NCBI GenBank assembly: GCA_013003335.1
Contig: JABDJT010000571.1
Span: 1 to 39,671 of the forward strand
Source of the DNA: Verrucomicrobiales bacterium
Lineage (GTDB): Bacteria; Verrucomicrobiota; Verrucomicrobiia; Verrucomicrobiales; DEV007
Direction: 5' to 3'
DNA length: 39,671 bases
Under the pieces are notes generated by a model. That model made no database searches and had not been told where the DNA came from. It saw only the letters and a program-made list of their open reading frames with translations. The position numbers and the translations under genes were made by a program. Position 1 is the stretch's first letter; the number at the start of each line of letters is the position of its first letter. Positions 36,330 to 39,671 of the stretch are shown piece after piece.

Positions 36330-37244
36330 TCACGAATTTTTCTTCCGAAAGGAAATCGAAACGGAATCGGCACCGGCGCCTCCGTTCGGGGAAATCGTAA
36401 CCCGCTCCGCCGGGACGCCGTATTCCGCGAGCTTGGCTTTGACAGCCCGGGCACGCCCCGTTCCGAGAGCGGAACTGAAGCCGGTGGCGCTACCCTGCAG
36501 GCTGACCTGCAGGTTGCTGTTCTTGATCAGCATCTCTGCGACACTCTGAATGGATTTCCTGGCCGGAGCCGTAAAATCAATCGAACCGATACCAAAACTG
36601 ACACTGACTCCCCGGGGAATGGAGGCAAGGGGCGTAGGAGGTTCAGGAGAAGGTTCAGGGGCATCATCCGGCCCGGGAACTGGTTCCGGTTGCCGTTCGA
36701 TCGCTTTTTTTTCAACTTCCTCCAATCGGGTTTCGATCACGGCGAGGCGCCCCCCGATCTTCCTGATTTCGGATTGAATTTGAGCCGCAGTGTCGGACGC
36801 AGATTGAATCCCCTGTGTCGCGACCCGTGAAAAGTCCAACTGGCGCTCAGTGAACCCGGTAAAATCTTTTTCCAACAAAAGCAGATCCTTGCCGATTTGT
36901 TCGACCTGCTCCCTGGTCTCGCCAGACTGTGTCTCGGCCTTTTTGGCAGCAGCCTCTGCCCCTGTCAGGCTTGCCCGGACGAGGGAGATCGTTTCGGAGG
37001 AAACAGATTTATCGGTCGAAATTTTCTCAAGGGCAGATCTGGCACCTGCAAAATCGCCCCGGTCCAGGGCTCCGTTGAAAGCGGAAAGGTGTTCGTCGAG
37101 TGACACTTCCTCCACGTCGGTTTCGACCGGTTCGGGGTTTTTTTGGTCCGCCTGAATTCCAGCTTCGGGATTACCCGTGAAATGCGCAACGGCCATCACA
37201 CCGGCAAATGCGCCGAGATAAAAAATTGCTGCCAACAGTTTCAT
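36330..37244 (-). CDS. Coiled-coil envelope protein with a degenerate OmpA-like C-terminal domain
   Basis: The ATG at 37242-37244 gives the signal/anchor MKLLAAIFYLGAFAGVMAVA. This is followed by a long helical region, a Pro/Glu-rich linker (PEPVPGPDDAPEPSPEPPTP) and a C-terminus IDFTAPARKSIQSVAEMLIKNSNLQVSLQGSA...GRARAVKAKLAEYGVPAERVTI that resembles the OmpA_C layout. The upstream 137 codons of the ORF were rejected. Confidence 0.6.
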   Translation of the reverse strand: MKLLAAIFYLGAFAGVMAVAHFTGNPEAGIQADQKNPEPVETDVEEVSLDEHLSAFNGALDRGDFAGARSALEKISTDKSVSSETISLVRASLTGAEAAAKKAETQSGETREQVEQIGKDLLLLEKDFTGFTERQLDFSRVATQGIQSASDTAAQIQSEIRKIGGRLAVIETRLEEVEKKAIERQPEPVPGPDDAPEPSPEPPTPLASIPRGVSVSFGIGSIDFTAPARKSIQSVAEMLIKNSNLQVSLQGSATGFSSALGTGRARAVKAKLAEYGVPAERVTISPNGGAGADSVSISFRKKNS

Positions 37245-37371
37245 GTTTCGTTTACTGTGTGTTCGTTGCGGGGAATTTTCGCAAAGGACCGGAGCGTGAC
37301 GCACTTTTCTGCGCGCGGTTTGGCCGTTGAGAAAGTTCCCCACTGAATTATACCACGCCCAAGTGACAATT

Positions 37372-37677
37372 ATGAGAGGGATTTCGAGGAACAACCTGAC
37401 ACTTTCCAATTTCGAAATCTCGGTGGAAAAAACCACCGGGGGAATCAGCGACGGCCAAAACGCAGCATTTACGGAGCGGGTAGAGATCCTGGAGAATGGT
37501 GCGGCGGAAATCGGGAAGATTATCGGTTCGGGGCCGTTGCATGTGGGAATGGCACAGTTGGGCTTGGAATTGATTGGAGTTCGAAGCTGGGATGTGGACG
37601 GCGTCCGCGAGCCAAAAAAGGGCGTGGAAGTCGCTGACCGTGTGCAATTTGCCAAAGTCCTGCGCCACCTGGACTGA
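37372..37677 (+). CDS. Hypothetical small protein (101 aa), first gene of the Amt operon
   Basis: ATG-initiated ORF with coding-like codon usage, 30 nt upstream of the next gene on the same strand. No motif recognised. Confidence 0.45.
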   Translation: MRGISRNNLTLSNFEISVEKTTGGISDGQNAAFTERVEILENGAAEIGKIIGSGPLHVGMAQLGLELIGVRSWDVDGVREPKKGVEVADRVQFAKVLRHLD

Positions 37678-37707
37678 TTTTTCCGGCCGAATCCCTCTAC
37701 TTACCTG

Positions 37708-38451
37708 ATGGACGAAACAAAGCTGAATGACGCCGTTGTGAACGCACTCGGCGTGTTGAAACGAATCCGCCGCTTGAGCGGAGTGATTGTCGTGTCGCAC
37801 CGGAAACTGGTCCACGCCGACTTGGAAGTGAAAGCTTTTTCCAGTGAGCGCTTCGCAGGGGCCGTGCAAACGTTGTTCGACAACTATGCGGAGGCGAAAA
37901 AACCAGCCGAGAGGATCGCCCTTCTCTACGGCGAAATGAATGTGCTGCTCTTTGCCGGCGGCCCGATGATTTTCGGGTTCTTTTTCAATGACCGGAATGA
38001 TCTGGAATCAGTCGAAACCGGGATCGGGCAATTCCTGGAAAATTTCGGGCCGGCCCTCGGCATGAATGCACCGACACCACCCCCGCGGCAAAAATCGGAG
38101 GTGGAGGTGGCGGCGGAAGAGGAAGCTGCCAAATCGGGCGGCCTGCGGAAAATCGATGTCGGCACCCCGGTTGTGATCCCAACCCGATCAGTCCCGCAAA
38201 CGCACAGTTCGGAAAAACCCGAAACGAAGCCGGAGCCGACTCCCGAACCGGATGATGATCCCCGGCAGGACATCATGATTGCAAAGACCGTGGCCCCGCC
38301 CCGGAACAGTGCCCGCGCGATTTTCCTGAAAATTTTCCCGGAGCAGGAATTGAAGATTTTGATGGCACGGGAATCCAACGACGAAATCCTGCAACGCGTT
38401 CCGGACAAGCGGGTCCGTTGCATGCTCGCGAATGAACTGGAAACTTTATGA
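37708..38451 (+). CDS. Hypothetical protein with a possible Roadblock/LC7 (MglB-like) N-terminal domain, a Pro/Glu-rich linker and a short C-terminal helical domain
   Basis: The N-terminal ~110 aa (LNDAVVNALGVLKRIRRLSGVIVVSHRKLVHADL...IALLYGEMNVLLFAGGPMIFGFFF) fit the alternating alpha/beta pattern of Roadblock/LC7 by eye. Linker: KPETKPEPTPEPDDDP. The stop overlaps the Amt start (ATGA at 38448). Confidence 0.55.
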   Translation: MDETKLNDAVVNALGVLKRIRRLSGVIVVSHRKLVHADLEVKAFSSERFAGAVQTLFDNYAEAKKPAERIALLYGEMNVLLFAGGPMIFGFFFNDRNDLESVETGIGQFLENFGPALGMNAPTPPPRQKSEVEVAAEEEAAKSGGLRKIDVGTPVVIPTRSVPQTHSSEKPETKPEPTPEPDDDPRQDIMIAKTVAPPRNSARAIFLKIFPEQELKILMARESNDEILQRVPDKRVRCMLANELETL

Positions 38452-39509
38452 CTGATCCGCTTTCTCCCGGTGAATTCCAGGCCGCTGTTCGCGCAGCTGG
38501 CTCGATCGGACTGCTCGCGCTGGCGGTAGGCGGATTTACCCTGCTGCGAGCTGGATTGACAGATCGAAAACGCCACGGCGCGGACGAAGGTCTGGTTACC
38601 GGCACCGCCATTATCGCATCGGTTTTCGGCGCTTTGTTTGCCGGTGGCTACTTCTTTGGTGGCCGCCAATTGTGGAGTGAACCACTGAATTTGGAAGACG
38701 TCCTCACGAACGGAAACCTCGCGCTGGCAGCGATCCTGTTCGTGCTGATTCCGCTTGGTTCCGTGGCCGGACGAATCAGCTGGGGAGGTTACGCAATTTT
38801 CGCACTGATCAGCGGGGCCGTTACGATTCCGATTCTATTCCGGGTCGAACACGCGGGAATTTCTCATATTTTCGGTGTCGGGGCCGGAGCCACTGCCCTG
38901 GGGCTCTCGGTTGCCATTGGCCCCCGGAAAAATCGGTTCACTGACGGAGGTGCCCCCCTCTTTCTTCCTCCTCGAAATCTGGGCCTGGCTTGTGCCGGGA
39001 CAGCGCTGATTTTTGCAGGCTGGTTCGGGATTTCCGGGACGGCCGTGAGCGGATTCGTCAATCTTCTCGGCGGGATTTCCGGCGGGCTGGCAGCCCTCCT
39101 GACTTATCGAATCTGCTTCGGTGCGGCGCACCCGGCCGTGTTTTGCCAGGGCATCATCGGCGGGCTTGTCGCGACCCTCGCGGGCGCGGAATCCTTTTCC
39201 AGCCTGGACGCCCTGATCGTCGGCGCGGTCGCCGGATTGCTGGTGGTCTTTTTCGGGAATGCGGTCGAAAAATGCCGGATCGACGATGTCAGCGGCGTTG
39301 TCCCCGCCCATCTGATTGCCGGTATTTGGGGTGCAATTTCAACAGGGCTGTTTGCCGGCGCGGACTGGAAGGAACTGCTGCTGCCGGTCGCAATCGTGAT
39401 TCTTGTGGCGGGAGGCGGTGCATTTTTTCTCGGCATGTTTTTGAAACGGGTCGCCGGACTTCGCACGCCCGATCCGGATCTTTCCGATCCAACAGGGATG
39501 GTTCAATAA
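38448..39509 (+). CDS. Ammonium transporter (Amt/Mep/Rh) family channel, compact and divergent
   Basis: About 11 predicted TM helices in 353 aa. EHAGISHIFGVGAGATALGLSVAIGPR compares with the Amt signature DFAGGxxVHxxxxxxxLxxxxxxGxR. AGWFGISG compares with GWFGFNAG. IDDVSGVVPAHLIAGIWGAISTGLFA compares with DDxxxVxxVHGxxGxxGxxxxGxFA. Both channel histidines are present. Confidence 0.7.
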   Translation: MTDPLSPGEFQAAVRAAGSIGLLALAVGGFTLLRAGLTDRKRHGADEGLVTGTAIIASVFGALFAGGYFFGGRQLWSEPLNLEDVLTNGNLALAAILFVLIPLGSVAGRISWGGYAIFALISGAVTIPILFRVEHAGISHIFGVGAGATALGLSVAIGPRKNRFTDGGAPLFLPPRNLGLACAGTALIFAGWFGISGTAVSGFVNLLGGISGGLAALLTYRICFGAAHPAVFCQGIIGGLVATLAGAESFSSLDALIVGAVAGLLVVFFGNAVEKCRIDDVSGVVPAHLIAGIWGAISTGLFAGADWKELLLPVAIVILVAGGGAFFLGMFLKRVAGLRTPDPDLSDPTGMVQ

Positions 39510-39523
39510 ACGAACCCTGTTGA
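39489..39523. repeat. Palindromic intergenic element, copy 9 (overlaps the 3' end of the Amt gene)
   Basis: CCAACAGGGATGGTTCAATAAACGAACCCTGTTGA. The last six codons and the TAA stop (39507-39509) of the Amt gene lie inside the element. Confidence 0.8.
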
Positions 39524-39598
39524 TTCGTCCGATGCGGATGGGGGAATCCGCCAAATTCGGTGTAACGTAAACCATTTCCGCGTAGTCTTATTTCTGTG

Positions 39599-39671
39599 AT
39601 GGTCGCTTCCTCCCGAAATGCCTCCCTGTTTTTGAAAGCCGGAATCGTCCTGCTGGTTCTGTGGGTCACGG
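39599..39671 (+). CDS. Possible 5' end of a membrane/secreted protein (runs off the window)
   Basis: The ATG at 39599 opens MVASSRNASLFLKAGIVLLVLWVT... with no stop before the window end. Only 24 codons are visible. Confidence 0.25.
   Translation, partial: MVASSRNASLFLKAGIVLLVLWVT

Noticed and set aside
37245-37655. N-terminal 137 codons of ORF 36330..37655
   Set aside because: An internal ATG at 37242-37244 yields a clean signal/anchor sequence (MKLLAAIFYLGAFAGVMAVA). The upstream part overlaps the divergent gene and looks non-coding.
37348-37869. 173-aa minus-strand ORF spanning the 37372..37677 and 37708.. genes
   Set aside because: The translation is His/Cys/Gln-rich and implausible. 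It would overlap two same-strand, tightly spaced plus-strand ORFs that have better coding character.
39339-39360. CAACAGGGCTGTTTGCCGGCG inside the Amt gene resembles the 5' half of the palindromic element
   Set aside because: There is no complementary 3' arm nearby, and the stretch encodes a conserved-looking TM segment (STGLFAGA). It is most likely a chance similarity.

Overview
This is a chromosomal, moderately GC-rich window. Its gene content points to a member of the PVC superphylum (Verrucomicrobiota/Planctomycetota-like): a PVC-type CxxCH heme-binding dehydrogenase-like protein, a sulfatase, and several proteins with prepilin-type N-terminal methylation motifs. That taxonomic call is inference only. 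I call 33 protein-coding genes plus one very short 3'-edge partial. They comprise: (1) a 5'-truncated giant membrane protein (>=2036 aa); (2) housekeeping and metabolic genes: rppH-like Nudix, hpt, moaD, two SDR-type oxidoreductases, an M14-like peptidase, acs, lgt, an SLC13 permease, an MsbA-like ABC exporter and an RmlC-like cupin; (3) a compact pilus/pseudopilus-like module of four tandem prepilin-like genes, an elongated GspE/PilB-family ATPase and a stand-alone CheY-like receiver, with no platform protein, prepilin peptidase or secretin in the window; (4) envelope and glycan turnover genes: a sulfatase with a C-x-A-x-R motif, an AmiE-like serine hydrolase fused to a DUF1343/NamZ-like domain, and a Tat-signal metallophosphoesterase; (5) a specialised NusG paralog; (6) a three-gene operon ending in a compact, divergent Amt-family channel that is translationally coupled to a possible Roadblock/LC7-like protein rather than a PII/GlnK gene. 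I recognised no rRNA, tRNA, CRISPR array, transposase or integrase. The strongest non-coding signal is a dispersed family of ~35-43 bp palindromic elements (consensus CCAACAGGGTCTGTTCGCCAAACCAACCCTGTTGG). There are 10 copies in 39.7 kb, in both orientations, all between genes. Several touch start or stop codons. All domain assignments come from motif recognition by eye and none has been confirmed by a database search.
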